In this document: in pieces, positions 42,001 through 50,716 of the stretch
How positions within the stretch are numbered: position 1 is the stretch's first letter
How the letters are laid out: each line of letters opens with the position of its first letter
Source of the DNA: an uncultured Acidobacteriota bacterium
Lineage (GTDB): Bacteria; Acidobacteriota; UBA6911; RPQK01; JAPXNP01
DNA length: 64,000 nt
Assembly (NCBI GenBank): GCA_963777605.1
Contig: CAVZRV010000029.1
Coordinates: forward strand, 160,001 to 224,000
Direction: 5' to 3'
The notes under the pieces: generated by a model
Told to the model about the DNA's origin: nothing
Databases searched by the model: none
Seen by the model: only the letters and a program-made list of their open reading frames with translations
Made by a program: the position numbers and the translations under genes

Positions 42001-42480
42001 GAACTGATCCCGGTCCACTTCGCCGCCCCGGAAGAACGGCCGCAGCGGCCCGGCGGTCGCACCTTTGGGGTGCTCGTTCACGCGGTACTGCGGGATGTCC
42101 CGCTCGACGCGGAGGAGAACGAGATCGGGAGACTGGTCAACTTGCAGGGGAGATTGCTTCGCTCCACACGGGAGGAATGTGCTGCCGCGGTTCGGGCAGT
42201 CGTCGAGGTTCTTCAACACCCCTTGATGGAGCGTGCGAGACGATCTGGGTCCTGCCACCGCGAGTTCCCGGTCGTCCTGCCGCTGGAAGGAGGGGAGTTG
42301 CTGGAGGGAAGCATCGATCTGGCCTTCCAGGAGGGGGCGGACTGGGTGGTGGTGGATTTCAAGTCGGACGTGACCGCTGCAGGGCTGCCGCCGAACTACG
42401 TCAGGCAGGTTCAATGGTACGCTTTTGCCCTGCGCCGGACGCTGGCTGAAAACGTCGAAGGATGGATATTGGCCGTGTGA
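39043..42480 (+). CDS. addA: AddA-like UvrD helicase-nuclease
   Basis: AAAGTGKTT, VDEFQDT, VGDPKQSIYRFR, TVHAAKGLEY, YVAATRAR, IDL...DFKS. GTGA overlap with addB. Confidence 0.85.
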   Translation: MSGQVRLRDAEARERIAHDLDVSMMVEAAAGTGKTTVLVRRIVEILRSGRADPSSIVAITFTRRAAGELKLRLRRELDRALSESPDEPVRTRLWTAASTLEEAHIGTIHSFCGDLLRERPVEARVDPGFDEFGEEEAGAFFDQVFRRWVEDRLGDLPDGFSRVLNRSMARQQGASDSPTRQLRDAAWKFRDWRDFGASWEQRPFDRKGEIDQLVDRIQAMVETTGRPANRRDPLWESLRPLYELEAWISRAERERGRDHDQLEAFLVNLPRQIKKVRYLGSGPFAGGVPRKAVLDSRERLLGELEDFVQAADADLAVYLQQEFRFLIDQYERAKERSGNLDFVDLLIRARNLVRDAPGVRAHFQTRFSHILVDEFQDTDPLQAELLFLLACEDPAVCDWRRARPAPGKFFLVGDPKQSIYRFRRADVLLYEEIKSRLVKWGTPLLHLTENFRSAEPVLSLVNAAFADEMALDLDAGQPGYVPLTATRTALPSQPSILALPVPAPYGKMYLSRAAVEASLPAAIAGFVAWAIEKSGWVVRDPSSGGRETPVRPGHFAILFRRFVSWGNDMTRDYARELEARGVPHILLGSRSFHGREEVEMIRTALTAIERPDDELEVYASLRGSLFSIPDRVLLWYRHQFGKLNPLSRVEGEAPPALEPVSRALEILAHLHGERNRRSIVSTINELLESTRAQAGFALRPAGHQVLANVRRICNMARWYELRGGTSFRGFVEWLHEQAERRTPEAPVFEEGMDGVQLTTVHAAKGLEYPIVILADMTCRQSIARADRYIDLDRDLAAFSLMGCRPWELLENEELETTRDRAEAVRIAYVAATRARDMLVVPAVGDEAMDGWLGVLNPGIYPPVERRRKPLPAPGCPPFGSDSVVDRPPAAFQSLGTSVAPGLHQAEQGTQPVVWFDPHLLNLSVSGNLGLRQEQLLAEAPPGGSVDDGLAEFRNWNRLRDRRLESGALPSRTLLNVHESLSRRDPPELIPVHFAAPEERPQRPGGRTFGVLVHAVLRDVPLDAEENEIGRLVNLQGRLLRSTREECAAAVRAVVEVLQHPLMERARRSGSCHREFPVVLPLEGGELLEGSIDLAFQEGADWVVVDFKSDVTAAGLPPNYVRQVQWYAFALRRTLAENVEGWILAV

Positions 42481-42628
42481 CGGTAGCGTTTGCTGGAGGC
42501 GCGGTAGGCCGGCCGTCGTCAGGATGGGCCTGGCTTTGGAGACCAATCGCTGCCCTGAGAATTGATGACTTGTTCCGGCAAGGTGAGGATGAACCCACCC
42601 GTTCCGGGTGAACTGCCAGGCCCGCCGA

Positions 42629-43786
42629 ATGACAAATGATGCGACCTGTTTTGATGTGATCGTGGTTGGCGCCGGTCCGGGCGGTTCCAACGCGGCTGCG
42701 GTCTGCCTTGAGTCCGGGCTCACCGTCCTTCAACTCGAGGCCCTGCCTTTCCCCCGGATGAAGCCTTGTGCGGGAGGGATTACACCGAAGTCGCTCATCG
42801 CCCTCCGGGGAAACCTCGCAAGCCAGTTGCGAGGGACCGCAACCAGGATTGAGTTTGCGAGTGCGACCGGAGAAGGGTCCTCCTTTGAGCCGAAGTTCCC
42901 CTTGCTTCGATTTGTCCATCGCCCGGATTTTGATGCCGAGCTGGTGCGTCGCAATTGCTCTCGGTCCGGATTTCGCTTCCTCGACGGGGAACGGGTCGAG
43001 GCGGTCCGTTGGGATGGCGTTTTTCGGGTCGAGAGTTCCAGGGGGAGTTACCGGGCCAGGCAACTGATTGGAGCGGACGGCTCCACGGGTGTCGTCAACC
43101 GGGTGTTTCGTGTCGCCTCGCCTCGCGGAAGGGCAACCGCAATCGAAACCGAGATTCCTCGACCCGCCGGTGTCCGAACTTGTGCCGACCCCTGTTTCGA
43201 TTTTGGAGCGGTCGATCAGGGTTACGGATGGGTTTTCCCAAAGAACGACTACTGGTCCGTTGGACTTTATACGATCGGGGAGCGCACTCCGGGCTTCAGG
43301 AAGAAGCTGGGACACTACATCGCGGAGAAGGGTTTGACTGAATTTCCCGAAGGGACGGTCGTTGGGCACCGTTACGGTATCGGGGGTTACCGGCTGGAGC
43401 CGCCGGACTGCCCGGTATACGTGGTTGGGGACGCCGGAGGATTTGCGGAGGCAATCACCGGAGAAGGGATCTACTCCGCGCTCCGCAGTGGAGCGATTGC
43501 GGGTGAGACCGCAGCCCGTGTTCACGGCGGACTGGGTCTGCCCGCGGAATATTACCGGCGGCTTTGGAAGGACGTGCTTTGGGACACCAGGATTTCCTGG
43601 CATGCTGCCCGCTATTTCTATCGTGATACGGGGCGATGGATTGCGTTCCTCCGGAATCCGCTGGTCTGGAGGCCGCTCGTCGAGGGCTATACGGAGGGGG
43701 CGACGGTCGCGGGTTGTCTCTTCTGGGGTGGGCTTTTTCTTCTCAGATCGCGGGGGGCACGTCGCCGGCGGGTAGCTCGATCGTGA
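42629..43786 (+). CDS. Geranylgeranyl reductase family FAD-dependent oxidoreductase
   Basis: GAGPGG, KPCAGG, IGADG, GYGWVFPK, VGDAGG...TGEGI. Confidence 0.85.
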   Translation: MTNDATCFDVIVVGAGPGGSNAAAVCLESGLTVLQLEALPFPRMKPCAGGITPKSLIALRGNLASQLRGTATRIEFASATGEGSSFEPKFPLLRFVHRPDFDAELVRRNCSRSGFRFLDGERVEAVRWDGVFRVESSRGSYRARQLIGADGSTGVVNRVFRVASPRGRATAIETEIPRPAGVRTCADPCFDFGAVDQGYGWVFPKNDYWSVGLYTIGERTPGFRKKLGHYIAEKGLTEFPEGTVVGHRYGIGGYRLEPPDCPVYVVGDAGGFAEAITGEGIYSALRSGAIAGETAARVHGGLGLPAEYYRRLWKDVLWDTRISWHAARYFYRDTGRWIAFLRNPLVWRPLVEGYTEGATVAGCLFWGGLFLLRSRGARRRRVARS

Positions 43787-44870
43787 CCATCAGGCCGCCT
43801 GGCCGGCTCCGCGATGCCGTGAGCCGTCCGCGGTGATTTTCGATGAGCTGGTATGAGACGGAGAGTCCAAGACCGGTTCCGTCCGGCTTGGTCGAGAAGA
43901 AGGGGTCGAAAATCTGTTCCAGCTGTGACTCCTCGACACCGGGGCCTGAATCGGAGACTTCGACGGCAACTCTTGGCGGAGAAGTCAGCAGTTTGGAACG
44001 GATCTCCAGGATGCCGCCGCCGGGCATCGCCTGGATGGCGTTGAGCAGGACGTTCAGGAGGACCTGGCGAATCTGGTCGGGGTCGATCATTAACACGGGG
44101 TTCTCCGGAGAGAGCTCTTTCCGGATCGAAATTCCCGAGTGCGCCGCCTCCTTCTGAAGAAGGGACAGAGTCGTTTCGATCAGTTCGTTGAGCCGGGTAG
44201 ACTCGATCCGAGGTTCGGGCGGGCGGGCGAAGCGGAGGACCTCGTTGACGATGCCGTTGAGGCGAGTCGATTCTTCCTTGATGATGTCGAGGAACTCGCG
44301 CTTGGGATGGTCGAGCGGGATCTCTTCTTCCAGGATCTCCGCCGAGCCCTTGATCGATCCCAGGGGATTTCGGATCTCGTGAGCGATTCCCGCACTTAAC
44401 TCGCCCAGTGCCGCGAGCCGATCGGCTATTCGCAGTTGCTCGAACGTTGACTGAAGCTTGGCGTAGGCCTCAGAAAGCTGGCTCGAAGTCTCTTCCAGCC
44501 GTTCCTGCTGCTGTTTCTGACGGTACGATAGCAAACCGATAATCAGCGCGATGACGTGGTAGAGGAGGATTTCGGCGTACTGGTTGAAGGTGTAGACGGG
44601 AGTGTGGTGCCAGTCCATTTGAATATGGACCAGGTAAATAACACTGACCAGGAAGGCGGCCAGGACTCCGGCGACAGGCCCGTACCAGAACGCCGCCAGC
44701 AGGATTGGGATGTAGTAGATGCGCTGGTAGATCTCGTGGAGGTAACGGTGCTCGGTTGGTGTGGCGAAGTGGAAGGCGGAGACCAGCAGGGCCAGGAAGA
44801 CGATCAGAAAGACCTTGCGACGGTCATTTCCGCCCTTGCGAATCCGCATCCAGGGTTTCAGCTTCATCAT
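43743..44870 (-). CDS. Membrane sensor histidine kinase (NtrB/ZraS-like; start uncertain 44849-44885)
   Basis: Four TM segments, AGIAHEIRNPL, NVLLNA, DSGPG, GTGLGL. Overlaps the 3' end of the response regulator. Confidence 0.9.
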   Translation of the reverse strand: MMKLKPWMRIRKGGNDRRKVFLIVFLALLVSAFHFATPTEHRYLHEIYQRIYYIPILLAAFWYGPVAGVLAAFLVSVIYLVHIQMDWHHTPVYTFNQYAEILLYHVIALIIGLLSYRQKQQQERLEETSSQLSEAYAKLQSTFEQLRIADRLAALGELSAGIAHEIRNPLGSIKGSAEILEEEIPLDHPKREFLDIIKEESTRLNGIVNEVLRFARPPEPRIESTRLNELIETTLSLLQKEAAHSGISIRKELSPENPVLMIDPDQIRQVLLNVLLNAIQAMPGGGILEIRSKLLTSPPRVAVEVSDSGPGVEESQLEQIFDPFFSTKPDGTGLGLSVSYQLIENHRGRLTASRSRPGGLMVTIELPAGDVPPAI

Positions 44871-46230
44871 GCTCCCGCAGTGCAAACTTCTGCATCCGAT
44901 AAATCAGGGTGTTCCGCGTGATCTCGAGGTAGCGAGCCGTGCTGGACTGGTTCCAGTCGTGCTTCTGGAGGGCGACCAGGAGAATGTCCCGCTCCAGTTG
45001 TTCAAGGGAGAACCCTTCTTCGGGAAGTTCGAAGCGGACCCGGTCAACCTCAAGAACCGGGCGGGCTACCTCGTCCGGCAGGTCAGTCGCCCGGATCACT
45101 CCGTTTCGGTTGAAGATCACGAGCCGCTCCAGCAGGTTCTCTACCTCACGAACATTACCCGGCCAGTCGTAAGTCTTGAGACGGTCGATGGCTTCCGGCG
45201 AAAGCTGGACGTCGCGGCCGAGACGCTGGTTGAGCGAGTCGAGAATGCGACGGAGCAGGAGCGGGATGTCGTCACGGCGTTTCCGGAGGGGAGGAATGTA
45301 GAGAGGTGCGACTGACAGCCGGTAGAAGAGGTCCTCCCGAAACTGCCCCGCCCGCATCATTCCCTGCAGGTCCCGGTTGGTGGCGGCGATCACCCGGATG
45401 TTCACCGGTCGTGGGCGGGGATCTCCGACCACGTCGATCTCCCGCTCCTGGAGCACCCTGAGCAGCTTGACCTGCATGTTGGTTGGGAGTTCTCCGATCT
45501 CGTCCAGGAAGATCGTTCCAGTGTGGGCAGTTTCGAACTTTCCCTTCCGGTCGGCGGTGGCCCCGGTGAAGGCTCCTTTACGATAGCCGAACAGTTCCGA
45601 CTCGACGAGATCGGCCGGGATGGCGCCACAGTTGACCGTGACGAAGGGGCGTTTGCGGCGGTTGCTGTTGAAGTGGACGGCTCGGGCCAGGAGTTCCTTC
45701 CCGGTGCCGCTCTCGCCCTGGATCAGGACCGTGGTATCGACGGCGGCCAGTTGCGTGGCCTGCTCGATGACTTCCTTGAATTGCTTCGAAGATCCGATGA
45801 TTCCCCCGAACTCGAACTTGTCCCGGACGGCGTGGGACAAGCGCCGGTTCTCTTCGAGCAGGTTCGCGATTTGAAGTGCTTTGCCGATGGCGTGAATGAT
45901 CTGGGCTTTCTCGACCGGCTTTGAGAGAAAGTCCGAGGCGCCGATCTTGACCGCCTCCACGGCCCTATCCAGGGTCGCGAAAGCGGTCAGGACAATGATG
46001 GGGATTTCAGACTTGATTGCCCGGATCCGCCGGATCAGGGCGAGTCCGTCCAGTTCTGGCATCCGCAGGTCGGTGATCACGAGATCCACTGCTTCTTCGT
46101 CGAGCACTTTCAGGGCGCTGAGCGGTGAAGAAGTCGGGATGACCCGGAACCCGGCTTCCCGGATGTGGTACGACATCACTTTGAGCAGGTTCTTGTCGTC
46201 ATCCACCAGGAGAACCGTGTTTTCGTCCAT
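44824..46230 (-). CDS. Sigma54-dependent response regulator (NtrC/AtoC/ZraR family)
   Basis: Receiver domain, GESGTGKE, GAFTGA, WPGNVRE, Fis-type HTH. Confidence 0.93.
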   Translation of the reverse strand: MDENTVLLVDDDKNLLKVMSYHIREAGFRVIPTSSPLSALKVLDEEAVDLVITDLRMPELDGLALIRRIRAIKSEIPIIVLTAFATLDRAVEAVKIGASDFLSKPVEKAQIIHAIGKALQIANLLEENRRLSHAVRDKFEFGGIIGSSKQFKEVIEQATQLAAVDTTVLIQGESGTGKELLARAVHFNSNRRKRPFVTVNCGAIPADLVESELFGYRKGAFTGATADRKGKFETAHTGTIFLDEIGELPTNMQVKLLRVLQEREIDVVGDPRPRPVNIRVIAATNRDLQGMMRAGQFREDLFYRLSVAPLYIPPLRKRRDDIPLLLRRILDSLNQRLGRDVQLSPEAIDRLKTYDWPGNVREVENLLERLVIFNRNGVIRATDLPDEVARPVLEVDRVRFELPEEGFSLEQLERDILLVALQKHDWNQSSTARYLEITRNTLIYRMQKFALREHDEAETLDADSQGRK

Positions 46231-46268
46231 GGGCAGGCCTTACGAGGCTCCGCCGTCACTCGGCACCA

Positions 46269-47528
46269 TCAGAGTGCTCGGTCGGTATCGTAGTCCTCCA
46301 GGATTCGGCGGATTTCCTGCACGAAGCGGGCAGCCAGCGCGCCATCGACGACGCGATGATCGTAACTGAGCGATACGTACATGATTGAGCGGATGGCGAT
46401 GGCGTCGTCAACTACCACGGGGCGTTTCTTGATTGCCCCGACACCCAGGATGCCCACCTGCGGTTGATTGATGATGGGCAAGCCGAAGATGTTCCCGAAT
46501 ACGCCCGGATTGGTGACTGTAAAGGTGCCGCCCTGCACGTCATCGGGAACCAGCTTCTTTGTCTGCGCCCGAACCGCCAGTTCATGCGCGGCCCGGGCCA
46601 GCCCGAGCAGGTTCTTCTCATCGGCGTTCTTGACCACGGGTACGATCAGTCCTGATTCCAGTGCGACCGCCACTCCGAGGTTGACGAAGTCCTTGACGAT
46701 GATCTTGTCGTCCTGAACGGAACTGTTCATCAAGGGGTGCGCCCGGAGTGCGAGGACAGCGGCGTGGAGGATGAAGGGGGTATAGGTCAGTTTGAAACCG
46801 TTCTCTTTCTCGAAGCGCGGCTTAACCGATTCCCGAAACCGGACGATCCGGGTCATATCCACTTCGGCGACCGTGTAGGTATGTGGCGAGGTACGCTTGC
46901 TTTCGACCATGTGTTCGGCGATGCGCTTCCGCATCGGGGTCATTTCAATGACCTGGATGCGCTGACCCGGTACCGCCTGGCCTGCTTCACTATCAGCAGC
47001 GGGAGCCGGACTTGACGCTTCCACGGTACCCTCGGACCTGCGTTCCAGGAACCGTACGACGTCGTCCTTGGTCACGCGTCCGCGCTGTCCCGATCCGTCG
47101 ATCGCATCCAAATCGCTCGAACTCAGGCCCTCTTTGAGGGCGATGTTGCGGGCTACCGGGGAAAGGCTTTTCTCGGCCTCGACGGCCGTTGCAGACTCCT
47201 CGGCTTTACTGACTGCGGGCTCCTCAGGAGCCGCCGGCTCCGTCTTCGCCGGTGCGGCTTCGGCGGGGGCACTCTGAGCTGTCGCCTCCCCCTCCGTATC
47301 GATGCGGGCGAGCACCGTTCCCACTTCGACCGTTGTTCCTTCCTCGATCAGAATCTCTGCCAGGACGCCGGCCTCGGGAGCGGGGATCTCGGTGTCGATC
47401 TTGTCCGTTGTGATCTCGAGGATCGTCTCATCGCGGGCGACTTCGTCTCCGGCTTCTTTCAGCCACTTGGCAACCGTACCTTCGGCAATACTCTCGCCCA
47501 TTTCCGGCATTACGACATCGACTTTCAT
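46269..47528 (-). CDS. Dihydrolipoamide acyltransferase (E2) of a 2-oxoacid dehydrogenase
   Basis: Lipoyl TDKI, E3-binding GSGQRGRVTKDD, catalytic YDHRVVDG. Confidence 0.93.
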   Translation of the reverse strand: MKVDVVMPEMGESIAEGTVAKWLKEAGDEVARDETILEITTDKIDTEIPAPEAGVLAEILIEEGTTVEVGTVLARIDTEGEATAQSAPAEAAPAKTEPAAPEEPAVSKAEESATAVEAEKSLSPVARNIALKEGLSSSDLDAIDGSGQRGRVTKDDVVRFLERRSEGTVEASSPAPAADSEAGQAVPGQRIQVIEMTPMRKRIAEHMVESKRTSPHTYTVAEVDMTRIVRFRESVKPRFEKENGFKLTYTPFILHAAVLALRAHPLMNSSVQDDKIIVKDFVNLGVAVALESGLIVPVVKNADEKNLLGLARAAHELAVRAQTKKLVPDDVQGGTFTVTNPGVFGNIFGLPIINQPQVGILGVGAIKKRPVVVDDAIAIRSIMYVSLSYDHRVVDGALAARFVQEIRRILEDYDTDRAL

Positions 47529-47542
47529 ATCAAATCCCTCTC

Positions 47543-48940
47543 CTACAGGTGTATCTGTTCGCCGTACGCTGCCCCGGCTGCTTCCATCACCGCTTCGGAC
47601 AGAGTGGGGTGGGCGTGGACCGTCTTCAGCAATTCCAGATAAGTGGTTTCCAGCGCCTTTGCCGTGACCAGTTCGGCAATCATTTCCGTGGCGTCCTCTC
47701 CGATGATATGAGCGCCAATGAGTTCTCCGTACTTATCTTCGAAGATCAGCTTTACAAAACCCTCTTCGGCCTGGCTGGCCCTGGCCTTTCCCAGTACCCG
47801 GAACGGGAACTTTCCGACCCGGACCTCATAACCTTCGTCTCGGGCCGCCTTTTCCGTCAACCCGACACTGGCCACTTGCGGCTGACAGTAGGTGCACCCA
47901 GGAATCGTACGATAGTCGATGGGATGAGGATTCGACCCGGCGATTTTTTCCACGCAGACGATACCTTCGTGAGATGCCACGTGGGCAAGCCAGGGTGGTC
48001 CGATGACATCTCCGATGGCGTAAATGCCCTCGACGTTGGTCTGAAACCAGCGGTCTACCTTGATCTGGCCACGTTCGACGTTTATCCCGAGATCTTCGAG
48101 TCCGAGGTTCTCAACATTGCCCTGGACGCCCACGGCCAGAAGCACCAGTTCCGCATCGATCTCCTCCGGATCCTTGCCTTCAGAGGACAAGGTCACCCGG
48201 ATCCCCGAGTCGGTTTCTTCCACCTTCTCGACCCGTCGCTTGACCAGAACCTTGATTCCCTGCTTCTTGAATGACCGGCCGAGTTCCTTGCTGACCTCTT
48301 CATCTTCCACAGGGAGAGCACGGTCCAGCATCTCCACGATGGTGACCCGGGATCCGAAACTGTTGTAGAAGTAACCGAACTCACAGCCGATGGCACCGGC
48401 GCCGACGATGACGACAGATTCCGGGAGTTTCTTGAGTTCGAGTGCATGGCGAGCGGTGATGATCTTTTTCCCGTCAATCTCCACGCCCGGGATGGATCGA
48501 GCCCGGGCCCCTGTCGCCACAACGATGTGGTGTGCCGTGACCTCCCGGGTCTTCCCCTCGTGAGAGACGGAAACCTTGCCCTTGTCGACGAGTCGGGCGT
48601 CGCCCGCGATCACGTCGATCTTATTCTTGTTCATCAAATAATCGACACCCTTGGAGATCGTGTCGGCAACCTCTCGGCTTCTTCCGATGATCTTCGCCAT
48701 GTCGAAGGCCAGGCCCTCGATCTGGATGCCCCAACTCTCGGCATTCTTCATGTAGTTGTAGACTTTGGCATTGGTCAGGAGCGCCTTGGATGGGATGCAA
48801 CCCCAGTTCAGGCAGACTCCACCGAGGCGGTCACGTTCTACAATTGCCGTCTTCAACCCGAGTTGGGCTGCGCGGATGGCGGCAACGTAACCCCCCGGTC
48901 CGGCTCCGATGATCAATACGTCATAGGTGATTTCGGGCAT
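47543..48940 (-). CDS. lpdA: Dihydrolipoyl dehydrogenase (E3)
   Basis: GAGPGGY, GGVCLNWGCIPSK, HAHPTLSE. Confidence 0.96.
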   Translation of the reverse strand: MPEITYDVLIIGAGPGGYVAAIRAAQLGLKTAIVERDRLGGVCLNWGCIPSKALLTNAKVYNYMKNAESWGIQIEGLAFDMAKIIGRSREVADTISKGVDYLMNKNKIDVIAGDARLVDKGKVSVSHEGKTREVTAHHIVVATGARARSIPGVEIDGKKIITARHALELKKLPESVVIVGAGAIGCEFGYFYNSFGSRVTIVEMLDRALPVEDEEVSKELGRSFKKQGIKVLVKRRVEKVEETDSGIRVTLSSEGKDPEEIDAELVLLAVGVQGNVENLGLEDLGINVERGQIKVDRWFQTNVEGIYAIGDVIGPPWLAHVASHEGIVCVEKIAGSNPHPIDYRTIPGCTYCQPQVASVGLTEKAARDEGYEVRVGKFPFRVLGKARASQAEEGFVKLIFEDKYGELIGAHIIGEDATEMIAELVTAKALETTYLELLKTVHAHPTLSEAVMEAAGAAYGEQIHL

Positions 48941-49043
48941 TCCGAAGCATCCTTTCTTCCTGTCCTGAGACTCAGACTGCCAGCTTACACCATATCGCAA
49001 AGAGGTTGAACCGCAGCACTTTGCGACTCGCCGGGGACTGCAG

Positions 49044-49079
49044 CGATTTACGATTTTCAGTTTGCGATTTACGATTTTC
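49044..49079. repeat. Heptamer tandem repeat
   Basis: CGATTTA CGATTTT CAGTTTG CGATTTA CGATTTT. Confidence 0.55.
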
Positions 49080-49207
49080 CGGAGGGGGCTCTGGAGGAGG
49101 GAGATGGATCAGTGTTGTTCCGTGGGGTAATGTTTTCCCAGCGGGCCGGTTGTGGGAGGGATTGGTAGAGCGAGACCCAACGACGATTAAATTCGGAGAG
49201 CAAATTG

Positions 49208-50716
49208 ATGAGCTTCAAGATCCTGGTGAAGAAGTGGATTCCGGGTGCCGTCCTGATCGTCGTCGCCCTTTTCTGTTGTGTTCACCTGGCGCCCCGGTTT
49301 CTCCTTTCTTCTCCGGGCCGTTCGTCTTTTGATGAAGCGTTCACCGGGCAGACGCTCCGGGTAGACTTCTATCACTCGGGGACCTCGACCGAGGAGCACA
49401 TCAGTCTGGACACGGTTCGCCTCGAAGGACCTTGGCCGGGGAGCCGGAGCAGACTTCTTGATCAGACTAACCGTGGCAAGTACTTCTTCGAGATTCGGTC
49501 GGCGGCATCGGATGTGCCGCTCTACTCAAGGGGTTTTGCAGGGATTTTCGGAGAGTGGGAGACGATCGGAGAGGCCCGGCAAGGGACTTGGCGGACTTTC
49601 CAGGAGTCGGTCCGCTTTCCCGAGCCCCGTTTGCCCTTCCACCTGGTGCTGCGCAAGCGGGCCGCCTCCGGGAGTTTTGAGCCCATCTTTTCGGTCAACA
49701 TCGATCCGAAGAACCGATTTGTCGATCGGTCACCAATCACCGCTTTCGGCACTCCCTGGACTCTGTTCGAAAATGGGGAACCGACCTCCAAGGTGGACCT
49801 GCTCATCCTCGGGGACGGATACACGGCTGAGGAGTCCGGAAAGTTCCACGAAGACGTCAAGCGGTTGGCCGATAACCTGTTCGCGACCGAGCCTTTCCTG
49901 TCGAGGAAGGAAGATTTCAATGTTCGGGCTATTGACGTTGCGTCTCCTGATCCGGGGATCAGCAACCCCCGGGCAGGGGAGTGGCACAACTCGGTCCTTG
50001 GATTGGAGTTCAATTCCTTCGACCTGGACCGTTATGTACTGACCTATCGGAATCGCGTGATCCGGGAGATCGCCGCCCAGTTGCCCTATGATGCCCTGCT
50101 GATTGTCTTCAACTCTCCGAAGTACGGAGGTGGGGGGATCTTCGGCCTCTGGTCAACCTGTTCCTCCGATTCCGAGTGGTCAACGTATGTCTTTGTGCAC
50201 GAATTTGGGCACTCGTTCGGCGGATTGGGGGATGAGTACTACTCCTCCGATGTCGCGTACGAAGATTTCACCCCGCCCGGGGTAGAACCCTGGGAGCCCA
50301 ACATCACCGCTCTACTCGATCCGGCAGCCTTGAAGTGGAAGGAACTGGTCAGTCCGGGAACGCCGATCCCGACTCCGTGGAACAAGGCGGCATACGACTT
50401 GGCTTCCGGCGCCAACCGGGAACGGAGAGCCGTAATGGTCCGCGACCACGCCTCGGCGGCTGATCTCAGCAGCTTTGACAAAGAGTCCGGAGAAGAACTC
50501 GAAAAGATCCTCAGATCCGATCCCTACTTCGGTCGGGTGGGGGCCTTCCAGGGCGCCGGATACGAATCGCTCGAGCTTTACCGCCCGAGCGTCGATTGCA
50601 TCATGTTCACCAAGTACCCCAAAGCCTTCTGTCCGGTCTGCCGGAAGGCGATCGAAGAGATGATCGATCTCTATTCCCGGACCACTAGCGGTACGCAAAC
50701 AGCATCGCGTAGATGA
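49208..50716 (+). CDS. Peptidase M64 (IgA-protease family) metalloprotease
   Basis: TLRVDFYHSG, GDGYT, YGGGG, HEFGHSFGGLGDEY, CIM...FCPVC. Confidence 0.9.
   Translation: MSFKILVKKWIPGAVLIVVALFCCVHLAPRFLLSSPGRSSFDEAFTGQTLRVDFYHSGTSTEEHISLDTVRLEGPWPGSRSRLLDQTNRGKYFFEIRSAASDVPLYSRGFAGIFGEWETIGEARQGTWRTFQESVRFPEPRLPFHLVLRKRAASGSFEPIFSVNIDPKNRFVDRSPITAFGTPWTLFENGEPTSKVDLLILGDGYTAEESGKFHEDVKRLADNLFATEPFLSRKEDFNVRAIDVASPDPGISNPRAGEWHNSVLGLEFNSFDLDRYVLTYRNRVIREIAAQLPYDALLIVFNSPKYGGGGIFGLWSTCSSDSEWSTYVFVHEFGHSFGGLGDEYYSSDVAYEDFTPPGVEPWEPNITALLDPAALKWKELVSPGTPIPTPWNKAAYDLASGANRERRAVMVRDHASAADLSSFDKESGEELEKILRSDPYFGRVGAFQGAGYESLELYRPSVDCIMFTKYPKAFCPVCRKAIEEMIDLYSRTTSGTQTASRR

Noticed and set aside
35960-42480. 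Helicase-nuclease pair as a novel anti-phage system
   Set aside because: Gene order, sizes, Fe-S Cys pattern and motifs fit ordinary AddB-AddA recombination repair, and there are no defence neighbours.
42526-42623. tRNA/tRNA-Sec-like fold (GGGCCTGGC...GCCAGGCCC closing stem)
   Set aside because: There is no proper T-loop, D-arm, anticodon arm or CCA. At most it is a generic hairpin.
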